DNA from: Octopus bimaculoides
Taxonomy: Eukaryota
Length of the DNA stretch: 64,000 nt
NCBI RefSeq assembly: GCF_001194135.2
Contig: NC_068987.1
Span: 54,274,530 to 54,338,529, forward strand
Direction: 5' to 3'
Shown: piece after piece, positions 24,101 to 39,400 of the stretch
Layout of the letters: every line of letters starts with the position of its first letter
How positions within the stretch are numbered: the stretch's first letter is position 1
Notes under the pieces: model-generated
Database searches by the model: none
Told to the model about the DNA's origin: nothing
The model's input: only the letters and a program-made list of their open reading frames with translations
Translations under genes and position numbers: made by a program

Positions 24101-27100
24101 AAAAAATTATAATCATCATCTTCAATACCACAACCAACATCATGATCATCATTATCATCATCACCATCATCATCAAGACCACCACCACCATCATCATCAT
24201 CAACATTAACACCACTGCTACCATCATCATCATCACCACCATAATCATTATCATCATCGTTATTATCATTATCATCACTATGTCCACCACCACTATCATC
24301 ATCATCATCATTGTAACATTCCTTTCTCCATATTGGCTCAGATTATTAAACAAGCCTGCAGATATGGCTGAATGGTTAAGAACTTTGCTTTGCAACCATG
24401 AAGTACTGGGTTCAATCACAGTGCATGGTACCTTCATTGAAATGTCTTCTGTCACAGTTTCAAATCAACCCATGCCTCATGAATAAATTTGAGTTGTTCT
24501 CAATGTCATTTACACCTACATCAACTTGACTGAGCAGACCTATGACCAGATGCATTCCAACCTTGATCATCCCAACTTTTTGCCAGGATATGAATAAAAG
24601 ACACTTTGCTAAATGTTTCCTTTCTTTATTTAAGGTGGTGTGAGTGTGATTTGAGGGAGATGTGGCTACTGTTTCTAGCAACTCAGGTGACCACATGCAG
24701 TTGACATAACTGTCTAGAACAGAGGTTCTCACCCATTTTTTATCTATGGACCCTTTGATTACCATTTTATTCTGGTGGACCCTCATAGCCACTCAGTGTT
24801 TAAAAACTAGTTTTAAAGAAATTTCTTTCAAAATTCTTATTTTGTTTTTCACACTTTAACTTGTGAAGGTTGGAGTTCGTAAAATGTTAGAGAAAAAGAC
24901 CTAGCTATTTCTTGCAATGCATATATCTAAAGCAACATTTTTTCAGGGGCTCTTAGAATATTATTGTCGATTCCCAGTTTACTATTCTGTTGTGCCATCA
25001 AAGGCCACATAGACCCCCAGTTGAGAACCACTGATCTAGATCCTGTTTGATGGGTGGTACCTGTAATTCAAAAGACCTGTCTAATCACATCCACTGTGAC
25101 ACCAACACTGACTGAGAATTATGTTAAGAGTACTTCTGTCTATGGAATACTCTGCCACTTCATTATTGTTTTTTATGTCAACTTTTTCATGCTTGCATAG
25201 CTCAAATGGAATTGGTTGAGGCAGATTTTCTGTGGCCGGATAACCTTGTTACCAACCCTTACTTTGTTTCCAAGGAAGATCGGAAACAAGGGATTCTGTT
25301 TGTATAATAGTGATGCTCATCTAAAACTATTGTCTGATGTCAAATAAGGGGACATGCATGCATGCAGCGCATACACACTCTCTCTCGCTTTGTCTTGCAA
25401 GTTACTTGACAACCACACTTTGAGCCAATGTCTTGAAAAAGAACACAGTACACTCTGGTATTAAGAAAGGCATCTAGATGTAGAAACCATACCAAGGCAG
25501 ACATTGGAGCTCAGCGCAGTCCAGTAAGGAAGACAAATATTAGATAATAATGATGATGATGGTAATGGGCTTCCTTCAGTCTCCGTCAACCAAAGCTCCT
25601 CATAACTTTTGTGCCAATACTACATAAAAATGCTCATGACAGCACCCAGCACACTATGTAAAGTGGTTGGTGTTAGGAAGGGCATCTAGCCATAGAAACA
25701 ATACCAAATCAGACTGGAACTTGGTGCAGCTCCCCAGCTTTGGTCAAACCGTCCAACACATGCCAGCATGGAAAATGAACATTGAAAGAAGTGGAGGAGC
25801 AGGAGGAGGAGGCTCTCCACAGGTCCTTCACAGTCAATGTTTATGCAGCCATCAAATTTTTTGGATATAGGCTTCACTCCCCACATTTTAAACTATCACA
25901 AAAGTCTTTTCTTCCCAATTACACTAACAGCATCCTTAACACTTTGGCATTTAAACTGACCAGATCTGGCTTCTCATACCAACCCCACAATATCATTCTA
26001 AAAATAAGCATTTATCATCATCATCATCATTCAGCATGTGTCTTCCATGCCGGCATGGGTTAGACAGTTTAACTGGAACTAGTAAGCCAGAGAACAGCAC
26101 CAGGCTCCAGTCTGTTTTGGTTTGGTTGCTACAGTTGGATGCCTTTCTTTACACCAACCACTCCATAGAGTGTATCAGGTACCGTTTGCATGTCACCAGC
26201 ACAGATGCCTTGTATATGCCACCATTGCTGGACACAACTACAATTACATCATCAAAATCTTGAAGCTACAAAATAACTCATGATTAATTCAAATTACATT
26301 TGACAGACAAAATCTGAATGCAGAAGGGTTAAAATGTTTCTCTTTTCTTGTATTGTAGTCACCTACTGCAATAGCCAGAAATTTTGGCTGTAAACAAATT
26401 ATAGGACAAAGAATTATGACATCTTTAAAATTTTCTATTTCTTTATTTGCAGGGTTTGACTGCTGATTGGTTAGATCATTTAGACTTTAACGTGGTTCTT
26501 ATGAGTCCGCCGTGCCAACCATTTACAAGGGTTGGCAAAAGACTTGACACTAAGGACAGCCGAACTAGATCTTTTTTACATTTTCTTGATTGCCTTCAAA
26601 AGTAAGTTATGCTTTTCTTTTTACTGGGTTTTATAACTGCATTTTTCTTCTTATATATGTGTGTGTATGTATGTATGTATGTATGCATGTATGTATGTGT
26701 GTGTATGTGTATTTATTGTGTGTGTGTGTGTATTTTGCTCAGACATTGTGAGACTAATAATCTGGTGTAGCACTCAATATATGTATGTTTCAGAACAAAG
26801 TGTTAGCTGAGTATAGAGCAGTAATAATATACTTTGGGTACCCAAAAGTAACCAAAAACATTCTTTGTGGGGCAAGCCAGTTGTAGTTCAGACTTCCACT
26901 GCTAGAAGGTGGTGAGCTGGCAGAAACGTTAGCACGCCAGGCAAAATGCTTAGCAGTATTTCGTCTGCCGTTACGTTCTGAGTTCAAATTCCGCCGAGGT
27001 CGACTTTGCCTTTCATCCTTTCGGGGTCAATTAAATAAGTACCAGTTATGCACTGGGGTCGATATAATCAACTTAATCCATTTGTCTGTCCTTGTTTGTC

Positions 27101-29348
27101 CCCTCTGCATATAGCCCCTTGTGAGCAGTAAACAAATAACTTCCACTGCTAGAAGCCACTTGATGTGACCATCAGGCATCAGTCTGCTGACCAGTGGCAT
27201 CGAGTGAGGTCATACTGCCATGTGGTGCTGAATTGTTTCATCGATACGAAAGGGATTGTCCACACAGAATTTGTTCCCCCTGGTCAAACTGTTAACCAGA
27301 CATTTTACTTGGAAGTTCTGAAGCATTTGCGAGACACGGTGAGATGAAAACGCCCCAACTTGTGGCAAGGTAGAGAGTGGTGGTTCCATCACGACAAAGC
27401 ACCTGCAACACTGCCTTGAGTGTGAGACAGTTTTTGACCAAAAAATGTCATGATCCCATTTACCCACCCTCTCTATTCACCCCATCTTGCTCCTTGCAAC
27501 TTTTTTTTGTTCTCCCGAATGAAAAATAGTCCTTAAAGGAAAACGTTTTGCAGATATGGAAGACGTGAAGAAAAAAAATGACAGAAGCATTAAAAGGTAT
27601 CACTTTGCAAGAGTTCCAGCACTGCTTTGAACAGTCGAAAATGCATCTGGACTGATGCATTGCTTCAAACGGAGAATACTTTGAAGGTGACAAAAGTGTA
27701 AACATGTAAAACTAAGTGAATGAAATAATATGGCAAAATTCTGGTTTCTTTTGGGTACCCCCTTGTATGCATATGTGTGTGTGTGTGTGTTGTTGTTGCT
27801 AACATAGCTGTCTGGTTTCACAACTTTTGGGGGTTCCACCCCTTCTCTGCAGAAGCCATGAAATGTCAACCTTGATGATTTATTAATACTGTAGTTTAGT
27901 GGTTAGGGTGTTGTACTTACAAGATTGTGGTTTCGGTGGGGAGTGCATCTGTGTTCTAGCACAAAATACTTCATTTCACATTGCTCCAGTCCACTCAGTT
28001 ATATGAGTAATGCTGCACTGGACTAACTTCCTTTTCAGAGTGGAGAGTGTTATGACTGATGTCGGTCACTCATTCGCCATCGAAACCAAGCAACCAGTTC
28101 TATGAGTCCTAGATCTCGAGACTACTTACTTATTTCTCCTGAAAATCATTTAAATCAGCTGCACTGGGACCAGTTAAAAAGGGGGCACTGTTGCTTCTAC
28201 AGAATCTCCCCCCATTTCTTTGACATCATTATGAAAAAACATTGTACTCTTTCAATCATTGGACCAATGGATAAAACATCTGCTCTCTGCTTTTTGGCAA
28301 AAGAGTAGAATATTTTGAGATGATGTCTAATTTTCTCTTGATGGCCTAGTCTACCTTGGTAGGCTTTTGATTCTTAATAATAGACATCATACTGTTCTGG
28401 ATATGATAGTTTTTTGATTGAAGTGTTCTGTTTTCTGCCAAACTTGTTGCTGTTGGCAATGTCTTTATCAGCTTGATTTGTCGATTTTTTTCTAAAATTT
28501 TTGTTTACTTTTCATTTTCTAAACGAGTCTCTCTCTCTCTCTCTTTCACCCTCTCTCCTGCATCTATTTTTGTTGTAAAATGGGTTGTGGTTTGAGCATA
28601 TGTTGCTGGCAAATGTATCTTCAGATATCTGCCAAGATGCTTCCGAAAGTGGGGAAGTGAGTGTGAAAGACCAGTTGACAAGTGATACGTCATGCTTATT
28701 TATACTCCAGTTTGCTTTCTGTACATCCACAGTGTCACATGAGTGAGCTGGATGGAGTGTTAGGCTTAAATCTTGAGTGTTGAAAGCTAAAATTGCAAAG
28801 AAACCATAGCATGGTATGAGAAGAGAATTTCTAAAACTGGTATCTTATGGTTGCTTAATACTGGGTCTGCATCACTTTTGTTGTGTCCCATTCACTCAAC
28901 ATCATCTCTTATCTTTATTTGTTTTAGCCATTGGGTTCTGGCCATGCTGGGGTACAGCCTTGAAAATTTTTTTAGCTAAATGAATCAACCCCAGTACTTA
29001 TCCTTTTATGTCTGATATTTAATCTACTGGTCTTTTTTGCTGAACTTCTAAGTTATGGGGACATAAACGAACTAACACCAGTTGTCAAGCTGTGGTGAGG
29101 AATAAACATATACACATACATATATACTCTTTGCTCTTTTACTTGTTTCGGTCATTTGACTGCGGCCATTCTGGAGCACCGCCTTTAGTCAAGCAAATCG
29201 ACCCCAGGACTTATTCTTTGTAAGCCTAGTACTTATTCTATTGGGGTCTTTTGCCGAACCGCTAAGTTACGGGAACGTAAACACACCACCATCGGTTGTC
29301 AAGCAATGTTGGAGGGACAAACACAGACACACAAACATATACACACAT

Positions 29349-29401
<53 letters not shown>

Positions 29402-32400
29402 CATATACATATATGTGACGGGCTTCTTTTTCAGTTTCCGTCTACCAAATCCACTCACAAGGTTTTGGTTGGCTCAAGGCTATAGTAGAAGACATTTGCC
29501 CAAGATGCCACGCAGTGGGACTGAACCCAGAACCAAGTGGTTGGTAAGCAAGCTACTTACCACACAGCCATTCCTTTTATGGTTTATTTTTTACTTGTCT
29601 CTCTGATTGGACTGTGGCCATGCTGGGATACTGCCTTGAAGGGCTTAGTTGAACAAATTGATCCAGTACTTATCTTTTAAGACTGGTACTTATTCTATCA
29701 GTCTCTTTTTGCCGAACCACTAAGTTACAAGAATGTAAGCAAACCAACACTGGTTGTCAAGAGTCGGTGGGGGATAAACACATACACACATAGATATATT
29801 ATATATACACATACACAATAGGCTTCTTTCAGTTTTCTGTCTACCAAATTCACTCAAAAGGCTTTGGCTTCCCAGGGTTATAGTATAAGACACTTGCCCA
29901 AGATATGACACGGTGGGACTGAACCTGAAACCATGTTGTTGGGAAGCAAACTTCTTTCCACACAGCCATGCCTATAGCTGAGATAGGGAAGAAAAAAAGT
30001 CACCCATGAAGTTAAACAATATTTTTACTTCTGAAGGCAGCAAGCTAGCAGAAATGTTAGCACGCCAGGCAAAATGCTTAGCGGTATTTCGTCTGTCTTT
30101 ACATTCTGAGTTCAAATTCTGCCATAGTCGACTTTGTCTTTTATCCTTTCAGGGTCGATAAATTAAGTACCAGTTGCATACTGAGGTTGATCTAATCAAC
30201 TGGCCCCCTCCCCCCAAAATTTCAGGCCTTGTGCCAAGAATAGAAAAGAATATTTTTACTTCTGTTTGATTTGGGATTGATATGCAAATGTCTAGTGTCA
30301 ATCAATTTATGAACCAATCAATACAGGTTAAGTTGAAATCACTCATCATTAATATGTTTCCAAAGCTGCATTGCTGGATAAAGCATTTACTTTTGTTGAG
30401 GCATTCATTGAAGCAGATAAGAGACACTTGAAAAGGCATTCATAGAGCCCAATTATAGTCATTTCATTAGTCTTGTTGTTTATAGGCGATAATTTGCAGA
30501 GGCCATTAAGAAATAAGCCCTTTGCATCTACAATAAAAGATTCATAGACTAACAGCACACACATACACACACACACACTCACATATATGAATATATATAT
30601 GTTATTATTATTATTGTTTTTTAATTGGCAGAAAGTTTTGTGCTTTTGACATTTGGGTCACTTTTGTAACTTTCTGCTTGTTTAAAGATAAGAAAAAGAA
30701 ATATTTATATGAAGTGAAATATTAAGTTCTTTTGTTTTCCTAAACCAAGGGTCACCAAACTTTTCATGGTGGGCCAAATAACTGAGTGATTGACAAGCAT
30801 GGTCCATATACCCATTTTGTTCAATACAACACAGTGAATACACAAAAAATAAAGACAACCAAAAAGTTATCAAAGAAGGCAACATTAACAATAAAATAGT
30901 CAAATCACATGCAGTGTGCACATATCCAGATCTTACAAACTGAGCAGCAAAAGAGGTTAGTGAGACTTGTGGAACTGGTGTCTAGCTTTTCAGATATAAT
31001 CAGTATTTGCTTTGGAATTGCTGCATACAACCGAGAGAATTACTTTCAAATGTTCATCAGTCAACCTCGTTTGATGTGTTGACTTCACATACTTCATTTT
31101 TGAAAATGTTTACTCACAGACATAAGTTGTTCCAAGAACTGATGCCATACCAGAGGCAAATGAACTCCCATTACAGGTATTTACACAAAAGGTACAGTGC
31201 AGTGGCAGGCTGGATGAAATAACCTTGCAGGACAGATCCGGCCCACTGGCCATAATTTGGTGACCCCTGTACTAAACACACACACACACACACACACACA
31301 CGTCACATGGACTTCCAAACTGCTTAGCACTATTTTTTTGCTTCTCTCCACTGGATACATTACTCAACCTTTATTTTGAACAATAGACTTACCTAGGAAT
31401 GTACATTAGGAAGAACCCTTTCATGTGGGTCTGAATACCCCCCCCCCCCTATCTTCCAAAACACAATAATCAATAACAAAGCCATGAACTTTCTGCTGTG
31501 CTACGCATTTTTCTACAACAAATGTTCCTGCCTATAATTTCCTGCTTATATTTCTTATATTTCTCCGATGGCGGAATACCCAGTATATGGAACCTTGGAT
31601 CAATAGGATAATCCAGTACCTGGGATATCCCAGAAGCAGCTGTAAGAGACTATATCTATTAATTCTACCTACATTGCTTTAGCATTAACTCTCTTAAATT
31701 AAACTAAACAAATTTAAATGCCATAGTCCTGCCTTGATTAATTGTTTTGCTCTTATTCAACTTACTTCTAGGGACTCAAAGGTAAGATACTGATTGCCAG
31801 TTCTCTCCCACCTGGACATTTGTGCTACTACAGCTTCTGCTCCAGCCCCTGTTTGAACTGGGATTCTAATGGCTTGTCAATTTGGACCACTCAGACTGCA
31901 TACCTATTAGCTTGGGTTAACTTGACCTAAACTCCTCAACTTCTGTATGTGTGTGTATATATATATGTGTGTGTGTATGTTTAGCGATTGTAGTATGGAA
32001 GACACAAGTTAGCAATTCAGAAACATACAGAAACAATTAACTTCAGTTAAACACCCATTTGTAATTTAGTGTCAGACTTTTCATTGTTCAAAACTGCAAC
32101 CTTGTTCACTAGTAAAACATTTTGCTGTATCTTTTGTCAGTGAACTGGTCACAGTTTTGAACGAAGAAAATTTTGACACAGTGTTACAAATAGATGTTTA
32201 AGTGAAGTTGACAGTTTTTGTGTGTTTCATCTGTTTTTGTGTGTTACATCTTCCAGCTGCAACTGCTTTAGTTTCAGTAAGTGATTGCCGATCAAAACAC
32301 TTGCTATGCAAATACATCTTTGTTATATATATACATCATGTGAAAGACCTGACTGTCAGATATTGTTACACATCACCAGTCACAATGCTTTGTTCTGGTC

Positions 32401-32596
32401 TTTGCATGATGCCACCGCGTTGGCTAAGTGAGGGGATCAACATTCCTCCCTGATCAAAAGGCGGACTGCAGCAATGTGAAATGAAGTGTTTTGCTCGAGA
32501 GCACATTGTATTGCCTAGTCTGGAAATTAAACCCATGATCAAGTAATCATGAATGCAATAACCTAACCACTGGGCCACACCCCTTCACATGCGCGT

Positions 32597-32635
<39 letters not shown>

Positions 32636-35600
32636 TACATGGTTCAATTTTACAGAAGACAAAGGATAAAGACAAATGTAGGAACAACAAACAAGCATAT
32701 TAGTTTGACACTTAGGAAGAATGGAAAAATCTTTGATGCTTCGAGCATATGCCCTTTGACAGAAAGGATTGAGAGGGAAAAAAATGGAGAGAGAGCGATA
32801 AAAAATGCGGAGAGAGAAAAAACGATGGTTCAATATGATGAAATATATAAACCTTTTATCTTTTTCCCTGTTTCTGTCATTAGACTGCGACCATGCTGGG
32901 GCACCGCATTGAAGAATTTTTAGTCAAACAAATCAACCCCAGTACTTATGATTTTCTTTTTCTTTTAGCCTGGTACTTATTCTATCAGTCTCTTTGCTGA
33001 ACTGCTAAGTTACAGGGACATAAACACACCAACACCTGTTGCCAAGTGGCATGGGAGAGGGTGGACAAACACAAACAGAAAGACACACATACATAGATAT
33101 TTACATATATATGTGTGTGTGCGTTTGTGTATACACACGACAGGCTTCTTTCAGTGTCTGTCTACCAAATCAACCCACAAGGCTTTGGTCAGCCTGGAAT
33201 ATGGTGAAAGACACTTGCCCAAGATGTCATGCGGGAGGACTGAACCCAAAAACCATGTGGTTGGGAAGCAAACTTCTTACTACACAGCCACACCTGCACC
33301 TATATACATAATAAGATTAAGCACGTGTATGAGAAAGAAAGTAGACTGCAATATCATTGAAATAGGGGAATAAATTTAATGTACTATACAAACATGAAAC
33401 ACTCAAAACATACAGTACCCAGAATATGAAGTTATCTGATTTCTGATCTCTGCCTGTTTGGGAAATAAGCAATGGGTTTACTTCACTCCAGTAACTACTG
33501 TACAGCAAGTGCTGTTCTCCAAGGGACACAACACATACAGCCTTTTGTCATGGTGTGTTAGTTTGATCCCTTTGTGAAAACTCTGCCTTATCATTAAGTT
33601 CCACCTTAATGGAACGTCAAAGTTTTTCAGTGTCATTGGAAGATTGTATACTGTATAACCCAGTCTGCATGAATGCTCGAGTCTGTCTTCTCCATGAACT
33701 TCAAGCTCCATGTTGACTTTGAAGATTTTGAACAAGATTTTTTTAGCACGAATGGTGAAGCTTATACCATCTAGAGCAGGAGTTCTCCACTACTTTTTCT
33801 ATCTATGAACCCCTTTGATTACTATTTTATTCTGGTGGACCTCCACAGCCATACAAAGTTTAAATGCTAGTTTTATAGACACTTCTTTCAAAATTTCGAT
33901 TTTGTTTTACACATGTTCGCTTGTGTAAGTTAAACCATGTAAAATGTTAGAGAATGAAGCCTAGCTGTTTCTTGCAATCCATACCAATAGATACATCTAA
34001 AGCATGATTTTTTTTTTTCAGGGACCTTTAAAATGCTCTTATGGATCCCCAATTTATTTTTTTTGTTATGTGAACCCCCAAAAGTCTTACATAGACCCAT
34101 ATGGACCCTGGTTGAGAATTACTGGTCTAGAGAGAAGCAGGCAGACAGACACCTACATATATGCTGAAGATAATGTAACAAATATGCTTCTGTCACTCAT
34201 GGGATTAAACTAATGAATAAGCTACTGAGGGTTAATGTGATTTATGAATATGATTGTTGTCTTAAAAGTTGTAAACTTCATAACTCTTAGCTGCTACATT
34301 GAACACACCACAAGTAGAACAATGTTTCTGCTCAGTTACTACTACTACTACTACCAACACCATTACCACCACTGCTACTACTACTACTAACGCTATAACC
34401 ACCACCACTGCTACTACCACTACTACTGCTACTAATGCCAATGACCCCACCACTACTACTAATGCCATCACCACCACTACTACAAATAACACCACCACAC
34501 TACTACTAACATCATCACCACCACTACTACTAACACCACCACCACCACCACTACTACAACTGCTGCTGCTGCTGCTACTACTACTACTACTACTACTACA
34601 GCTGTTGCTATTGTTAATACTTCTGTTATTTATTCTCTTCCTTCGTCACCACATTCATGGCTATTTCTCTCTCATCTGATGCAATTTCTTGTACGATTAA
34701 AAAAATAATCTTTTTTTTTTTTCTTCTTTTTAATTCTAATAATTGCCAAAGGAATCTGTCTGATCCACTGGTGCAAACCTTAATTAGAACTCTTTCTCTC
34801 AGATGCCAACTTTCTTTGTCGTTAATATTAATCCTTCACCTATTCCAGGATGAAGTGTCCACCCTCGTTCATTCTGCTGGAAAATGTCAAAGGGTTTGAA
34901 GTGTCAGAGACAAGACACCTTTTTCTGAAGACTCTCAAGGCCTGTAATTACAAATATCAGGTGAGCTCTTGTTTCAACAACATTGATAATGATAATAATA
35001 ATAATAATAATGATAATAATAATAGTAATAATAATAATAATAATAGTAATAATAATAATAATAATAATGATGATGATGATAATAATAATAATTGTAATAA
35101 TAATTTATTGCTGTTGTTGTTATTATTGTTGTTTTTGTTTATTTTCTATGATAATATTTGATCAATTTTTTTATAATTTTAGTCACTGGCAATTTTCAAC
35201 AAAGAATATATCTTTATGGTGTTTTTTTTTTCCTTCTTTACTTATATATATATATAAATATATAATAATATAAATAATATGTATATATATATATATATGA
35301 ACACACATACACAAATATATATGCATATATGGGTACAAAACATCACAAACTGTAAACAACAAGAAATACGAAAACCAAAGAGTTGAATACATAAACAACG
35401 AAAGAAACAAATGAAAAACAGGACAAGTAACATAAAAAACGACCCTTCTTCAGTTGTTGGTTGTCCATCTACTCCTCAAGGTGTCCACAAAGTCATTTGA
35501 CAGAAAAAAATGTTTATTAAAGTTACAACAGTCTGAGACTTGAATACATAACATTGATATTAAGTTTGATCATAGCATATTAACATGCAACAAAAATTTA

Positions 35601-36413
35601 GTTGCCACCTCTTAGGCAGTTGATGAAGGAAAAGTTCCATAACTGGCTTGTCTGTTTTCCTATGTGTTTATTCTGTTATCGGCAAAAAAAGTCCGTTTTT
35701 TTGTGCTTTATTTATGTTCCCGTTCCTTTTTTGTCCACGTTGTTTGACGTCCTGTACCCAGATATGCATCTATATATACCTGTAGATGTAGGTATGTACA
35801 TATATGTATGTATACATGCATATGCTCATATATCATTTGTATTATATATATGTGTGTGTATATATATATTCGATTCCTAGACCGTGTTGTGTTGTGTTCT
35901 TAAGCAAGACACTTTCTTTCACATTGCTCTAGTTCACTTCACTCAGCTGTAGAAATGAGTTGCAGCATCACTGGTGCCAAGCTGTGTCACCCTTTGCCTT
36001 TCCCTTGGATAACATCAGTGATGTGGAGTGAGGAGGCTGGTATGTATGGACGGCTGTTGGTCTTCCATAAATCACCTTGCTCGGATTTGTGCCTCAATGG
36101 GGAATTATCTAGGTGCAATCCCATGGTTATTCATGACTAAAAGGGGTCTTTACCCTTTATATATATATGTATACATATATATATCATTATCTTATGATAT
36201 TTACTTTGTATTATATTATACTTATTTATTATGCTTTTACTTATTAATTTTTCTATATGTTAGTGGATTTTCATCGATGAGTTCATAAACATTGTTTCTT
36301 TTCCCTAAAACTATATATATATATTTTATACTGTGAAACTTAATTTAATTTTAATTTTTAATAGATTGAATTTAATTGAGTTTTTACCTGTAAATTTGGA
36401 TTTTTATCCCTAA

Positions 36414-36459
<46 letters not shown>

Positions 36460-39400
36460 CTTCATTCCTTTTTCTTGAAGATTGACTGCATCTTTTGAAA
36501 GCCACAAGCTACCAAATCAATCTGTATGGTGCTAAACTGTCAATCAAAGAGTCCATAGTTAACATCTTACCGCCCATGCCGTATTATGCCATGTCCCTAC
36601 TTGGCCAAGACTCTTAACTGTTAAAATTCTTCATTTATCTAGATATAGATAAGTACCATAACCCTATAAGCAATGCTGAGCAATACACTTTTGCTAGAAG
36701 TGGTTATAACCTCACCCTTTTGTTACCACACTGCCTTTGTTTCAATTAATTTTGAAAATAATGAATTTAGTAAAAATACCTTTGATTTTATTAAGCTGTT
36801 TACTTTGAGCATAAATTAACCTGAAACAATAGCAACTTTCATCGCAAGTCAGCAATGCAGCCTCTGTGTGTGGTCACTCAAGTTGCTAGTAATAATGAAC
36901 AGATCCCCCTCTGATCCAACGTTATCATCTTAAACTCTTTAGCATTCAGATTATTCTTTCAAATGTAATGTTTATTTATTCACATGGTTTTGAATTAATC
37001 ATGTATTACATCATAGCTTTGAGATTTTGATGTGATTGTGTATTTTTAGAATAATTGTAGGGTAGGTGTGAGAGGCTGGATCCTGCCTTTTTGAATTTTG
37101 AATATAAAACAGGCAGGATATTTAGGCTGGATATGGCCTGTTCAGGTGCTAAAGAGTTAAGCAAGAGATTGTGATCGGAAGTGTGTATTGTAGAACCAAA
37201 GACCAATCTCATGTGGGTATGTCTCAAAAATCGTTAAGCATCTCATTAACTTGATGTCATCAGCAGCAACAGCAGCATAATGTCCACTTTTCTATGCTTG
37301 CTTGGGTTGGACAGAGGTTCCAGAAATAGACATTTTATGGCCCTTTTCTGTCACCAACCCTCATCCCTTTTCAAGCAAGGTAATATTTCCCTATAACCAG
37401 ACATGTTTATCATGGAAGATTGGGAACAAACAACCCTGTTTGTATGATGTTGACTCTCATTTACAGCTGTTATGGGATGTCAACAAAACACACACATACA
37501 CAACTTGACAACTGGTGTTGGTGTGTTTACATCCTCATAACTTAGAGGTTCAGCAAAAGAGGCCAATAGAATAAGATGAGGACTGGGGTTGATTCATTTG
37601 ACTAAAAATTCTTACAGTCTAATCACCGAAACAAGTAAAAAGTAAAAGATAAAAAGATATATAATAATAATCATAATAATAATAATTATTATAATAGATA
37701 TGAGATCACCATGTTGCGCACATATGGTTGTGATGCATGTGCCTGGTGTACCTTATCAGACAGGTAGTCATGATGGGTATATTGGGCTTCGTGTATTTTA
37801 CCCCAGTGTCACTTTGATGGCATGCACTGCTCTCTTACTCAATAATAATAATATTAAGGATTCAGATAGAATTGGGTACTTGAAGAGATATGCACCAGGT
37901 AGGGTTAGATAAACCTGTGGTCACTGCCTACGGTTGCTAAGTATCAAATAGGATATCCCAGTTGTGTACGCAGAGAACAACAACCCTCTGGGTATTTAGC
38001 GCAATAAGCCTTGACAGACTTCAGCCACATCCCTGCTGTATTCTTGGGATATTTTTGTTTTTGTTTTTGAAACTATGTTTCATCTGATGATTATGGTTTT
38101 TTGCAATGAAGTAGTGTTCTCGCATAAGAAACAGCTGTAATGAGCTGACAATTATCCATTGTCTGCTATTATTCATTTGATTATATACCACACCACATCA
38201 TGCCACACTGCACCACACCACACCACACCACACACCACAACACAGCATATCACACATCACTACACCAACACACCACACATCACCACACCACACCACACCA
38301 CCACACTACACCATCACACTACATTGCACCACCCTGCACACACTAGCACTGACCACTTCCCAGCACCACACCACCACCCACACCACATCACACCACTCTG
38401 CACACACTAGCACTGACCACTTCCCAGCACCCATACCATCATCCACACACCCACACATCAAGGTCACCAGCCCCTATCTACATGCATATATATGCTCTCA
38501 CATACACACGTACGCACACCTTCATTTTGGGATTACCACTACTTTATTATCTCCCCTTCTTCCTAGCTCTCCTGTCTGACTACCTCTGTCCGGCCATCGC
38601 CATGATTGACCGCTAGCCATTAAAGCTTTTTTTATTCTCTCTCTGTTTATTTCCTCATGTTGCTTTCTGTTGAAGAGTGTGGGCTTGAAACATAAAAGAC
38701 TTTCTTACCTTCTCGAGCGTTAAACTAATACACCTGTTTGTTGTTTACACACCTGTCTTCGTCTTTTGTATTTTTGTAAATTCCAACTATAGGTAGGTGG
38801 TGGGGGGGGGGCTCCAAAAGGGTCTCAGGAAGTAGCAATCCCTGCTTTCCTGGGCTAGTTTTCTACCACATTTCTTAAAAATCTTGATAGAGGCTTTGGT
38901 CCTGGGACCACTCATGTCTAGAAACTTGGTTGGGGGTAAGAAAGGGCATGCTCCTCATAGGAAATCCAGCTCCAAAAAAGCCTCATGATAGCAAAGGAGA
39001 GAATAGGCACCAGCTAGCCCAAAGGTTGGGGTTGGCGGCACCTGCCTACCTCGGTTGCTATGAGATTGAGATAGATCCAGCCACCTGGACAAAACTTGGA
39101 TTTAAAAGACTGAATGATGATGATGATGATGTAAATGATCCACTCTCCTCTCAATCTTTCTGTTCTGCAGGAGTTCATATTCACCCCACTACAGTTTGGT
39201 ATCCCAAATAGTCGAGCACGATATTATCTCATAGCAAAAAAACATCCAGGAAAGTTTTATTTCGATTTAACAGATGAAGTAAGTATAATTTTCTTTTGAA
39301 AGCTTTTCACTCTTCTTTTGAACATTGGCATCAATATTCTTTGATTAAGGCTGGTGATTAACAGACTCATTATAGCATCAGCTAAAAATGCCTTGTACTA

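Noticed and set aside
24084-24486. Poly-M/I/T/N/H/L ORFs (also at 132, 3656-4065, 34262-34679, 34983 and 44157)
   Set aside because: Trinucleotide low-complexity tracts with no splice or homology support.
26909-27010. tRNA genes
   Set aside because: A/B-box-like heads continue into SINE bodies, lack a full cloverleaf and recur as diverged interspersed copies.
38334-38431. 34-bp direct repeat with a 64-bp period in a CA-rich tract
   Set aside because: A simple slippage duplication in low-complexity DNA with no structural or coding signal.
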